This document shows, piece by piece, positions 20,868 to 31,381 of a DNA stretch of 64,000 nucleotides. Source of the stretch: Mayamaea pseudoterrestris (Eukaryota); the NCBI GenBank assembly GCA_027923505.1, contig BROI01000012.1, forward strand, positions 62,001 to 126,000, given 5' to 3'. The notes below the pieces were generated by a model. It did no database searches and was not told where the DNA came from. It saw nothing but the letters and a program-made list of their open reading frames with translations. The position numbers were made by a program, and so were the translations under genes. Position 1 is the stretch's first letter; every line of letters starts with the position of its first letter.

Positions 20868-22231
20868 GTTGGCACCGGGCGAATGTTCGTCAGCATCTTG
20901 GCGTTGCAGAACAGATCCACTGTCGACTGATTGTCCAAGAGCACAGCCTTCTTCGAGATGTTCACCTTCGGCGGCTGCGCGAACATGTATCCGACCTCAT
21001 CGTCGTCATCGCTTTCTTCCTCGCTACCCAGCGTGAAGTGCTGCGCCCCACTAGCCTCTGCAGCCGGCGCACTCTCCGTAGACTCCGTTCTCGTAGGACA
21101 GTCTCGCTGCACATGACCAACCTGTTGACAGGTCCAGCATCTGGGAGGGTCACGCGCTGTACCAGTCGTGTGAAACGCCACGCCCTCGTTCGTTGGCAAC
21201 GTGGCTTCTCCATCCGCATGCTCACGACGCTGCATGATGTTGTATGCATCGTGGATCGTCAACGGGAAGTTGTCGTGCCCGTCGAGGTAGCAGTTGCGCA
21301 AGTGCTTGCAATACCCAGCGTATTCGCCCGTTGCGCCACGCACGAAAAGCATCGCAAGCTCGAGCTCTTCGGCGGCCTTGATATCCTCCTTGTTCGCCTT
21401 GTTACGATTGTCATCCTTGGCAATGTTCAACGCCACAATCTCGTTGTGCATCGTGACGCCAACCGCCTTCGCCACGTCTGCCAGCGTGACCATGCTTTCG
21501 TAATATTTCTGCAGGCTTTCGCGCGCTCCTTGAGTACGTCCGAACAACTCAGCTTGAATGTCCACGACTTGATCCACAAGTTTGCAGCGCCCTTCGTACG
21601 TATGCGAGATCTCCTTGATAATCGCCAGCAACTTAATTCCGTCCGTGTCCTCCTCGGCGTCTCGGAACTTGGCGTGCGACTTGACACGATCCTTCATACG
21701 CTCCGTGCATTGTCCATGCAACACGGCGTAGAGACCAGCGAGGAAGTCGGAGTATACACGCACGCGCTCGACATGCTCTTTCTTGTCGGCCTTGTATTCC
21801 TCGAGCATTATGGACCAGTCCGAGTCCGTCGTGTCGGCATCCTTCGTTGGACGTGCAGGCTCGTCAGGAATCTCCAGTTCCACGTTGCGCATGCCCTTGA
21901 GCAGCTCCTTGGTATATTTCTTGTAGGAGCGCCCGACGAAAGTGATGATCTCGTTCGTCGTACGGATGAATCCATCGGGATCGCGCGAACCGTTATAGTC
22001 GTAGATGAATCCAGCGAGCGTCGGCTCGCTTCCTTGGAAATTTCCACTCGGCGCACGACTCGGTCCGTTGAGTCTGTTACCATTGCCTTGATTCCCGGAA
22101 CGATTCCCAGCACGATTCCCACGACGATAATGACGGTTGCGTCGGTTTCCTTCGCTTGCTGGCGGAGCGGGAGGTGCACCTCCACCGCTCGACGCCGCTC
22201 CTGTCGTCGGAGTATTGCTCGTCGAAGACAT
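20570..22231 (-). CDS. gag: Copia Gag with CCHC zinc knuckle plus protease
   Basis: CWTCQQVGHVQRDC knuckle; protease-like LLDNQSTVDLFCN...ANSLSLAQV. The frame is lost near 20720. Confidence 0.9.
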   Translation of the reverse strand: MSSTSNTPTTGAASSGGGAPPAPPASEGNRRNRHYRRGNRAGNRSGNQGNGNRLNGPSRAPSGNFQGSEPTLAGFIYDYNGSRDPDGFIRTTNEIITFVGRSYKKYTKELLKGMRNVELEIPDEPARPTKDADTTDSDWSIMLEEYKADKKEHVERVRVYSDFLAGLYAVLHGQCTERMKDRVKSHAKFRDAEEDTDGIKLLAIIKEISHTYEGRCKLVDQVVDIQAELFGRTQGARESLQKYYESMVTLADVAKAVGVTMHNEIVALNIAKDDNRNKANKEDIKAAEELELAMLFVRGATGEYAGYCKHLRNCYLDGHDNFPLTIHDAYNIMQRREHADGEATLPTNEGVAFHTTGTARDPPRCWTCQQVGHVQRDCPTRTESTESAPAAEASGAQHFTLGSEEESDDDDEVGYMFAQPPKVNISKKAVLLDNQSTVDLFCNAKMLTNIRPVPTWMVIKCNAGTVRTNMMGDLEGYGPVWWYPRGLANSLSLAQVRKKFTVEYLRHGVDRQCSLWRSRMVSSESLSRLTLGCMFARAFRRASAAMSRMEWRC

Positions 22232-22258
22232 GTCTTTTCACTCGCTTCTTGGAGAAAA

Positions 22259-22469
22259 TGTTGGATCTAGAATATATCTTGCGCGCCCTTGAAGCGACAC
22301 TAATGATTAAGCAGAACAGAGTCAATAAAACCACTTTACTTATTTTCTCCAAGAAGTGATCGTCCTCGATCCACTCCTTCGGTTGCCGCTTACCGCGCTT
22401 ACTTAAATGTGACCGTCTTCGTGACGTCACCGCTGCCGCTTCGGTTTGGGTTCTCATCCATGCTCAACA
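22259..22469 (-). repeat. 5' LTR of Copia element 2
   Basis: Identical to 17245-17455; gag ATG 28 nt downstream on the minus strand. Confidence 0.95.
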
Positions 22470-22741
22470 GACGACCCCGACCCCTTCATCACACAACTCA
22501 CAGTCAGTCTCTGATAGAGAGCAGAAAGACGCTACAACATTTTGGTCCAGTAGATACACCATTGGCTGGTTGCTGCAGCGATACAAGGTAAGAATTGAGC
22601 AAGCAAAGATCCTCCATTGGCCAAGCGCATCGCATTTCTCAGTCCACTTCCAAGGCTGCAAGAACATCTTAGAACAATTACAAATCACAACTCGAGGGTC
22701 CGTTTCGCCTTTTTTCTTTGCTTCAACGAAAAGGTATAACG

Positions 22742-23410
22742 ATGACGGTATCAAACGTATATTACAAGCTCTTGGGTCCAGCGTATACACGGACGTTTCG
22801 TTGCCTCTGGATGCTGGAGGAAGTTGGTTGCAAATACGAGATTGATCAAGCCTTTCGACCGTCATCACGCAAGGTCGCGGCTTACAATCCTGCAGGAAAG
22901 GTTCCAGTATTGTTGGAAAACAGCAGCCAAACGGACAAGGAGCCGTTGTTTTGTTTAACCGAGTCGACTGCGATTAACACGTACCTCGGTCAAGGAACAA
23001 ATCTTGTACCAACTGAAAAGTATGAGCGAGCGGCATACGACGCTACCATTGCATATTTGCTGTCCGAAGTCGATGCTCCGATCTGGTTCATGGCAAAGCA
23101 TACGTTAGAGCCGCTGAAACAGTTCTTTGGAGCGCTTCCGGACTGTGTCGAGCCATGCACTAAGGAATTATCGCGAGCGCACGCGCGACTCGTACCAACC
23201 CTCTCTCCATACTTGCTTGGTTCAGGTTTTACAGCGGCGGATATTTTGTACTGTCACTGTCTAGAGTGGCAACGGACTTTGAACAAGGAGCTGGTTCTGG
23301 ATGATGCTTTGGAGAACTACATGCGCCAGTGTCGCGAGCGACCAGCCTATCAACGAGCTCATGCGATTCGCAAGTCTTCACAACAAATAACTCCCGCAGC
23401 GAATTTATAA
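22742..23410 (+). CDS. Glutathione S-transferase
   Basis: RTFRCLWMLEE, NPAGKVPVL, LTESTAINTYL (GST-N) and YLLGSGFTAADIL (GST-C); first ATG at 22742. Confidence 0.93.
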   Translation: MTVSNVYYKLLGPAYTRTFRCLWMLEEVGCKYEIDQAFRPSSRKVAAYNPAGKVPVLLENSSQTDKEPLFCLTESTAINTYLGQGTNLVPTEKYERAAYDATIAYLLSEVDAPIWFMAKHTLEPLKQFFGALPDCVEPCTKELSRAHARLVPTLSPYLLGSGFTAADILYCHCLEWQRTLNKELVLDDALENYMRQCRERPAYQRAHAIRKSSQQITPAANL

Positions 23411-23449
23411 ATGGTGCGATCATTATGTGTATTTCGTTTTGTTTGACGT

Positions 23450-24232
23450 TTATTCACTATTCTTTTGCTGTGACTCGAGTAGCCTGACGCTAATAACAGC
23501 CAAAGCAATGATTAGAGCAACAAGGCAAACCGAGCCAGCGAGGACAACGATAAGCATGGCGAGCGGTGCAGCCCTGCGCTTGTCAGTATCGTTTAAAATA
23601 GCGTCGTCGTCAGTAGTCACATCGCTTACACTGTTTCCTCTCTGGTCTTCCGTCTGCGGCAATTCGGTGGAAGGATCTGCTGCAGTAGATTCGAGAGGCG
23701 ATCCAGTAGTGTCACCGTTATTACTGCCTTTTTCACTCACTTCCTCGTTGCTCCGTATAGGCATGTGATAGTCCATTGTCACTGCTTTGTTGGATTGTCG
23801 TGGAAACGGCTTGTCATCCTCATCGCTGTCGTCATGGCCTTCGCCTGCAGCATCATACTCGAAAGTACCTGCGGCCAAAGTGAGCGATGGTCGGCGCCCA
23901 TTGTCGACTTTCGACTCGAAACTAGCCCTAGACCTCGTTTGTTGTGGTCGCATCGATATATTTTCGTTCTTTGCTCTTGACTGAATTGAGGCGCGGTTGT
24001 CAATTCGTTTTGACGGCGGTTGGAGAGCTTCCGCTGTGACAATTGCGGGTGTGTCTTCGGTGACAGATTTATTGTCAGTCGATATTCGAGCATAGCCACG
24101 TGCGAGATTCATCATTGTCGAAGTGATACAAGCAAAGCCATGTGGACAGTCTTCAAGCTCGTGAGGTGATCGCGCGCTTAATTTTGCGAATCGTCGCGTC
24201 ATCGCCTTCGTAGAGTTTCCATTGCCATCCAT
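23450..24232 (-). CDS. Hypothetical protein, low complexity with a single C-terminal transmembrane helix
   Basis: 260-aa ATG ORF ending in the hydrophobic LAMLIVVLAGSVCLVALIIALAVISV followed by a short tail; the start is uncertain. Confidence 0.6.
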   Translation of the reverse strand: MDGNGNSTKAMTRRFAKLSARSPHELEDCPHGFACITSTMMNLARGYARISTDNKSVTEDTPAIVTAEALQPPSKRIDNRASIQSRAKNENISMRPQQTRSRASFESKVDNGRRPSLTLAAGTFEYDAAGEGHDDSDEDDKPFPRQSNKAVTMDYHMPIRSNEEVSEKGSNNGDTTGSPLESTAADPSTELPQTEDQRGNSVSDVTTDDDAILNDTDKRRAAPLAMLIVVLAGSVCLVALIIALAVISVRLLESQQKNSE

Positions 24233-24976
24233 GCATCGGATTTTCCTGTTGTAGGCAAGGTATCTTCTGATCCCTCATTTGTAATATCAGAACGCATGAA
24301 TTTTGCAAGCCAGCTCGATGGTCTGTAAATCTCTTTACCATTAGTCAAGCAGCAAGCTCATCGCTGACTCCGACAAGTAAACGTGTCTCCGTTCGTGGCG
24401 AGCCAACTGAAGTCGAGTTTCGCACGACCGATTACCTCCAGATACAATACTGAAAAGACAAATATCAAACTTTTTGATGACTCAATTTTGACGCTCGAAG
24501 CAAACGATTGGCTATTTTGTTTGGGCATGCTTGCTTTTATGAATCATGGACCTCATCGAAGGCAATATCAACCATGAAAACTGATGACGCCATTTCTTCC
24601 TGTCAGGTCCGCCGCGTCAATTTACTATAAGATGACACGGGGCTGAGGGTCTTGACAGTTGATGGGTTATATCTGACAATGTCGTGGAACGCGATTATTA
24701 TGACCAGAGAATGACCCGGGCAATGTTCGACCACGCCATTGGTCGCGTTGCGGGACGTTACGCACGACTCGAAAACCCAATCGATCATTGAAGACGCCGT
24801 CCAAAATGACCATAGACTGCCGCCAGCAGTCTGCTGCCTCATTTTTGTTGCTGAAGCCACGAAAGGACCTCCGCAAGGCTCTTTACCATTCTAGCTCAGT
24901 TGATTCAAACCAATCAGTACTGTTACAGAGCGATTGATCAAATCAAGCAGTTTTAAACCGATAATTGACCGGTAAC

Positions 24977-27280
24977 ATGAAGTGCTTTGCCACCTCCGCT
25001 TTGCCATCCATCCTCTCGAGCTTGCTTCTCGTTGGTTCGACGCTTGCGGATTCGAGCACTTTTGGACCTTTCCCCAACGGCGTCCCAGGCTCCGGATATG
25101 GCTGCGAGAATAAATGCAATTCTGGTGACAAGAACTACGTCATTTATGCTAAAATTCGTACCTACAATATGGTGAACAGCGGTCAAGTCGACACGCCCCA
25201 ATCGCTTTCGCCGGACGGTAACGATATTGCCTACATGACACGCACCTTTATTGGCAAACCATCGGCGAGTAGTCCATTCTGTCAGAACGGATATGACGGA
25301 ACCACTGGTCCGCTCGGTCCCTGTCTCTCGGTGAATCCTGGCGAAACAATGAATGTGAAAATCATCAACAAAATGGACGATGGCGTTGACACATTCAGTC
25401 AAGTCCCTGCCGATGCCAGTCAATTCTTTTCCTTTATTGATTCTATTCCGGAAGGCGCGCTTCCTGGTCTGCGGGCCAGTTCGCCGGCCGATCTAAACGT
25501 TCTGAACGAGGAGGACATGCCAGGCGTGCATGTAAGCTTTGACGACACGAACCTTCACGTCCATGGGCTGCACGTTGTTCCGCACATGTTTTATCCCATG
25601 GGCACAAACAATCCCGATGCAGATTGGATTACCATTACGGTGAGTGGCGCTAGTGTAACCTGGTATGCATGGTTTAAAGAGTTTTCGCGCGTTTGCATTT
25701 CTCATACTTCTCTCTAATAATCATATTTACAGCCCAAGTCGGAGAATAAAAATACGCAGTGCTTTTGCTACGTCTTTAAAGTGCCCGAGGATCATCCGCA
25801 GGGAACGTTCTTTTGGCACATTCATCGTCACGGATCAGCGGCCATGCAAGGATGGCAAGGAATGTTTGGGTATTTGTTTGTCGGCGACGAAAACAACGCT
25901 GGATCACCGTTTAAACAACTCGCCAATCAAGGAGTCACGCACTGGGAGCCTTTGGTGTTTTGGGAATTCCAAGCCAATGTTACAAACATCTTTCCGAGCA
26001 ACAAGAACGTCCATACGTTGGCAGAAGGCCAGTACATGGAAATTTTTACGCACGAGAATGAACCCGACAAGCAGCAATTCTTTTACCCTGTTAACAATCA
26101 GTTCTTTCCCACATTCAACCAGGAAGTGAATGAAATTGTCTACTATCCCATGCTTAACGGCCAAACATCGGCCGGCATTGGCTTGTATATTTTGGATGAA
26201 AATGACAATTTGGTGCCCTTTTACAAATTCTCAAGCGATGGTTATATGTACGGCCCGGATGGTCAAGGCAACTCCGTCTACCAGCAGGACATGCTCATTG
26301 TCGGACCATCGCAGCGCGAAGGCTTGCTGCTACAATTCACCACACCAGGCAACTATCGCATCATGAACCACCGCATCATTCCGACGCAGCGAAACGGCGC
26401 TTTTCCAAACGGCTACTCGGATCAAGTGACGCATCTCGGAGCCACCATTATCGTCGCGGCTGGCGCAACGACCTATGTCAACCCACTGACACTAGATTTT
26501 ACCAAGGGCGTTTCGACAGTGATTGACACGGAAAATATTGTGCGACATACGACGGTTACCTTTGACATTGACATTCAGCAAGACAATGCACCGTTTGCGC
26601 AGTTTGAAGTAAACAACAAACTGTATGATACAAGCGACGTGGACGACATTTTCGAAGTGACCGTGGCCAAGGCGGAGCGATGGACGGTCAATTCGGCCAA
26701 TTTGGACGTTTCGCATCCGTTCCACATTCACGTGAATCCATTCCAGGTGGATGGAATTGAAACCGACTCTGTCGTTGGGGAGCTGCAAGGTGTTTCGATT
26801 GCCGACACATGGGAAAGCAGCAACTACAGTCCGATTGGAATGTGGCGCGACACGGTGTTTGTTCCGCCAAAGGGGTCGGTGGACTTGGTGCAGCAATATG
26901 GGGACGGCGTCGTTGCCTTTGCCGGCAAGACAGTTTTTCACTGCCATTACTTGGAGCACGAGGATCAAGGAATGATCAAGAATCTACTGATTGACTCGTC
27001 ACCTGCAGTTTGCGTCGCGAGTCAACAAAAGTGTTTTACAAGTTCGGATTGCTGCGGTTACGCCGACGTGAATCCACTAGCTCGATGCAGCGAAAAGGGG
27101 AAATGCTGCAAAAACATGGGAGCTCCGTGTTTCAAAGACGCCGACTGCTGCAATGGCGGAAAAAGTGCAGTTTGTTCCAGTAGGAAATGCGTGAAATGCA
27201 AGAAACGGGGTAAATCGTGCGAAGCCAATGCGGATTGCTGCTCGAAGAGTTGCAATACCAGCACAAAGCGGTGCAAATGA
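24977..27280 (+). CDS. Secreted multicopper oxidase with C-terminal Cys-rich repeats (exons 24977-25639, 25733-27280)
   Basis: Signal peptide; all four Cu motifs (TNLHVHG, FWHIHRHG, HPFHIH, HCHYLEHEDQGM); a phase-0 GTGAGT...TTACAG intron at 25640-25732 joins the two ORFs in frame. Confidence 0.94.
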
Positions 27281-27504
27281 TAGCGCATCTCGCTCCGCTG
27301 TACTTTTAATATTGTGGGGTCTTACTTAGTAGCTTTGCTGCATAAACTTGGATGTATATAGCGTGCATGACGCATATAGGCTGGAGCTACGCGTATAGTA
27401 GTACGATTATCAATCGCGAGAAGTCTCGCGCGGTTGCCTGTGCCGTAGCAGTGACTATGCGACATTTCCTGCGCGTCCGCACCTCATGGTGACACAGATG
27501 ATAC

Positions 27505-29349
27505 ATGATACTCGCATGCCGATCAATTCGTCTATACGTAAATGCAAAGATGAAGGCACTAGCAATAGCAGGCTTATCGGCTCTTCTAGCTGCTAAACAA
27601 TGCAATGGATGGGTAAATACGATCCGTAGGAAGTCAGGGACTGCAGCATCATTCCGCAGCGTAACAACGAATCGACGTGACGACGAACGAATGTCACGCG
27701 TTGCAACATCGTTTACCAGCGACAATGCATACTGTCAATGGCAGCATAATAAAGACAACAAGAATGACAAGATTGATGCTGATTGCTATCGCATGTCCCA
27801 ATATTCCGCGGTAGCAAGCCTTGCAGTTCCTTTTGCTTTGTTCATGACCCTGCCATTACCAGCGTCGGCTTTGTCGCTGCAGCATATACCGCCATTACAG
27901 CCGCAAACCGAACCATTATCCAGTTCTCACCTCCAGCGTGAAGAGTTAAGAGCAAGCAGTTTGCTTGAGCAAGGCGTACGAGACTGGCTTTCGTCTGATC
28001 AATCAATTCGTAGCCAGTCTCGCCCGACTTTCTCGCAGCCATTATCATCCTCAACTACTAAAAGTACGACGACGCTGATTGCCTTGGAAGAGGAACAGCA
28101 AACGAAGCAAGAGCAGTATTCCATGCTCGATGAAGTATGGACGCTCATTGACAAGTATTACATCGACCGAAGCTACAATCAACAAGACTGGAAGGCCGTC
28201 AAGGAGCGATTCCAAACCAAGCTATCTCAGTCAAACAACCCATCCGACAAGGCGGAAGCTGCCATTGTTTCCGAAATGGTGAAAACACTAGGAGACAAGT
28301 ACAGTCGCATTCTTGATGCCGCCGCGTACTCGGCCATTCAAAAGTACGACCTCATTGGGGTTGGCGTCACGCTCATGCCAGACCCATCCACGCAACTCAT
28401 TGTCGTTGGCGCTCCTCCCATTCCAAACAGCGCCTCCTACATTGCCGGTTTGAAGCAAGGCGACTGGGTCACGGCCATTAATGGCGTATCGACATTGAAC
28501 CGCAACGCCTTTGACATTATCAACCAGATTGCCGAGCAACCAAATGCGCCAACCATTGACATGACGATTGTTCCACGCAACCACATGTTTGACAAGAACG
28601 GAATGAATAATAATGACGAGGCATTTACAAACAATGTGTTTCAACGAACCGTTACCATGCCGCGAGCCTTTGCCCAAGTAAAGAACCCAATCGTTTACAA
28701 GCTATCCGAGAAGCGAGCCGATGGAACGCGTGTTGGTTATGTTCGTATTTCCGAGTTCAATGCACTCATCAAAACGAAACTCGAGGATGCCTTGCACGAT
28801 CTAATTGACAAGCAAGGCGCCAATGCGCTGGTGCTAGACGTGCGCCACAATGGTGGCGGAGCGTTCCAGTCGGCGGTGGAGATTTCAAGCTTGTTCTTTG
28901 CCGACAAGGTTGCAACCTACGTTGTTGATCAGTCGGAGGCACTCATTCCGTTCAAAACGGCAGTCTCCGACGTGCAAGTTCCAGCCAATATTCCAATGGC
29001 TATCTGGCTAGACGCGCAGAGTGCGTCGGCGAGTGAAGTCTTTGCTGGGTCGCTGCATGACAATTGTCGCGCCGTGGTCATGGGTGAACGATCCTTTGGA
29101 AAAGGCTTGATTCAAGCCGTCTATGGTTTAAAAAATGGAGCGGGCCTCGTGTTGACAGTCGCACGCTACGTGACACCCGATGGCATTGACATTCAAGGAA
29201 CTGGCTTGCAGCCGGATATCATGGGACACGTTTCAGCTCCGATTCCGGGCATGTTGAGCGACACTTCGGCGGTTGACTTTGCAGAGATACGGCAGCGACT
29301 GGACCCATCCATGTGTAAAGTTATGGCTTCGCCGCTTGTGAAACTGTAG
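27505..29349 (+). CDS. ctpA: Carboxyl-terminal processing peptidase (S41A, CtpA-like), probably plastid/thylakoid targeted
   Basis: PDZ region GVGVTL; LDVRHNGGG; catalytic SASASEVFAG and SFGKGLIQ; LTVARYVTP; long N-terminal presequence (alternative start 27550). Confidence 0.92.
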   Translation: MILACRSIRLYVNAKMKALAIAGLSALLAAKQCNGWVNTIRRKSGTAASFRSVTTNRRDDERMSRVATSFTSDNAYCQWQHNKDNKNDKIDADCYRMSQYSAVASLAVPFALFMTLPLPASALSLQHIPPLQPQTEPLSSSHLQREELRASSLLEQGVRDWLSSDQSIRSQSRPTFSQPLSSSTTKSTTTLIALEEEQQTKQEQYSMLDEVWTLIDKYYIDRSYNQQDWKAVKERFQTKLSQSNNPSDKAEAAIVSEMVKTLGDKYSRILDAAAYSAIQKYDLIGVGVTLMPDPSTQLIVVGAPPIPNSASYIAGLKQGDWVTAINGVSTLNRNAFDIINQIAEQPNAPTIDMTIVPRNHMFDKNGMNNNDEAFTNNVFQRTVTMPRAFAQVKNPIVYKLSEKRADGTRVGYVRISEFNALIKTKLEDALHDLIDKQGANALVLDVRHNGGGAFQSAVEISSLFFADKVATYVVDQSEALIPFKTAVSDVQVPANIPMAIWLDAQSASASEVFAGSLHDNCRAVVMGERSFGKGLIQAVYGLKNGAGLVLTVARYVTPDGIDIQGTGLQPDIMGHVSAPIPGMLSDTSAVDFAEIRQRLDPSMCKVMASPLVKL

Positions 29350-29766
29350 CATAATAGACAATAGAGACACACGTGTCACGATGACAAATCATACGTGTAG
29401 CAACTTGTTGCAATTACAACATTGCCATACGTCCACTACCGGTAGATGATCACACCCTCACGCTGGAAGGGACCAGCTGACAATCAATGATATTGTACAA
29501 AACAACACTGCACAACCGCAGACATGTTGTGGTAAAGAGCATGCCGATCGAACGACCAACATCAACTTGATGCAGATGTCTCACCTGTACGATGTACAAG
29601 AGGCCAGCATGAGGCGGCACGCAGCAAGTCGTCGTCCTTTTATCCTACAACTAGAAATCCCTATACGAAATAGCCCGAATCATTTAGTTTCGAATAAATA
29701 AATGTGGTTAAAATCAGTTGGTAGAGGTCATTGACAATCATACGGCGTAACTGTGACACTGCGTTG

Positions 29767-30585
29767 TCACCCTTCTTGTTCCGAAACACTCACATTATCA
29801 TTGCCTTCATACTGTTTCGTCCACTTGCCGTTCACTTGCACCCACTCAAACTTGCCCTTGGGCGGCGCGCGACCCCATTCATGACGCGGTGGTGTCTTGA
29901 CACTGCCCTTGAGCTGCGGCGCCGTAATCTTGTCCACCACGGCCGCGTGACGAACGCCGGCGTAATCCTTGTTGGGGTTCTTCACCTTTTCCTTCAGTAG
30001 TGGCGCGGTAAACTTGTCCAGTGCACCCGACTTGCTAAAGGCAGACGTTTGTTGCGCGTCAATTTTGACTGGATTCTTGATCGAGTCTTTGGAAAGCGGG
30101 TCGTGAAACTTATCCACCGTTGCTGAATGTCTCTTGCCTTGATGGTCTTTGCTTGGATTGTGAAGCTTGTCCTTTAGTAGCGGCTCTGTAAATATGTCGG
30201 CAATGCCAGTGCTGACAAAGGCAGACTGAATGGAGGATCGAGTCGCTGAAGTAGTAGTCGAGATTGTTGCAGAAGGAGCGTTTGTCGTTTGCTCATCCTC
30301 GCGGCTATCGCTGTTGTCAGCAGCTTGATTTTCGTGTTCCAGCTTTTGTCCTCCCTCAGTCGCATTTTGATTTCCCATTTGATCGACACTAAGCGTGTTG
30401 GACGTGTTTCGATCGTCGTCGGCGTCTTCGTCGTTGGAGGAAAATGACTCATCCTGTGTGACATCCACATGCTTGGTATTGCCGCTGCCATCCTTCATGT
30501 CATGCTTTTGAAAGGTCTGCTCAATGTCATCTACATGAGTGACAGAGTCGTCTGAATCAGAATCTTCATCGTCGTTTGTAGTCAT
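29767..30585 (-). CDS. Hypothetical protein, acidic N-terminus with four internal DKFxxPLLKxxxxNP-like repeats
   Basis: 272-aa ATG ORF; repeats DIFTEPLLKDKLHNP, DKFHDPLSKDSIKNP, DKFTAPLLKEKVKNP, DKITAPQLKGSVKTP. Confidence 0.72.
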   Translation of the reverse strand: MTTNDDEDSDSDDSVTHVDDIEQTFQKHDMKDGSGNTKHVDVTQDESFSSNDEDADDDRNTSNTLSVDQMGNQNATEGGQKLEHENQAADNSDSREDEQTTNAPSATISTTTSATRSSIQSAFVSTGIADIFTEPLLKDKLHNPSKDHQGKRHSATVDKFHDPLSKDSIKNPVKIDAQQTSAFSKSGALDKFTAPLLKEKVKNPNKDYAGVRHAAVVDKITAPQLKGSVKTPPRHEWGRAPPKGKFEWVQVNGKWTKQYEGNDNVSVSEQEG

Positions 30586-30869
30586 GGTCCGAGTGTATCA
30601 GGAAGCTTGGGAGTTTTTGGGTGGATTTGTCGAGATTTGTCGAGCTGCTGGGCTCGAGTCTCGATCTGCTTGTTTAGGCATTCAATGAATGTACGACCAA
30701 GCCAGCTTTTACAACAAAGTAACGCAGAGAGGGATTATTGACCCTTTGAACGAGCGTAATGTGAATGGATATTGCTATTGTCGTCGCAGGTTGGTCATCT
30801 TGATCGTGATTGGCATCAAGATTTTCGCCCGTCGCTCGTTCGTCCTAAAATGTCGCACCGATAAACGAA

Positions 30870-31046
30870 CTATTGCGTAAAGTGTACTGCCAAAAACTTT
30901 GAAATAAATCAAAGTTATTGGCACTGTAGCGTAAAGTGTACTGCCAAAAACTTTGATTTTCAACGGACAATGACTATGGCGTAAAGTGTAGTGCCAAAAA
31001 CTGTGAAATAAATCAAAGTTATTGGCACTATAGCGTAAAGTGTACT
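30870..31046. repeat. ~50-54-bp tandem repeat with internal hairpins in a divergent intergenic region
   Basis: GCGTAAAGTGTA at 30875, 30929, 30979 and 31033. Confidence 0.85.
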
Positions 31047-31381
31047 CGAGTACCGCTGCGTTATCATGAGCGACATGAAACGCACAGCTTCGGTTTGACA
31101 AACGCCAAACGAGTGCTCGGCCATGACCCGCCATACCGTACATATACTTGGAATGCTAAACAGTATTAACGGCTCATCACTACATTGACATCTGCAAGGA
31201 CCTAACGAATAGCAAAGGAAAGAGAGTTGCGGCAGACGAGAGAGTATTGGAAACGAATCGATAAAAGGTTCAGTCAGCCGACTTGAATTAGGACAAGGGC
31301 TTTAAAATCCTCAAAATCTGGATCAATAGCCGACGTTCTTCCGCGAGCTCAAGCTATTAAATCGCCAATAACTTTTTCAAA

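Larger units (their letters stand above)
17245..22469 (-). mobile_element. Ty1/Copia LTR retrotransposon (element 2), recent insertion
   Basis: Identical 211-bp TG...CA LTRs at 17245-17455 and 22259-22469; TSD GACGA at 17240-17244 and 22470-22474; gag-PR-INT-RT-RH order on the minus strand. Confidence 0.97.

Noticed and set aside
19074..22270. Long plus-strand ORFs (430 aa, 524 aa) antisense to Copia 2
   Set aside because: Shadow ORFs of a GC-rich coding strand with no recognisable motifs.
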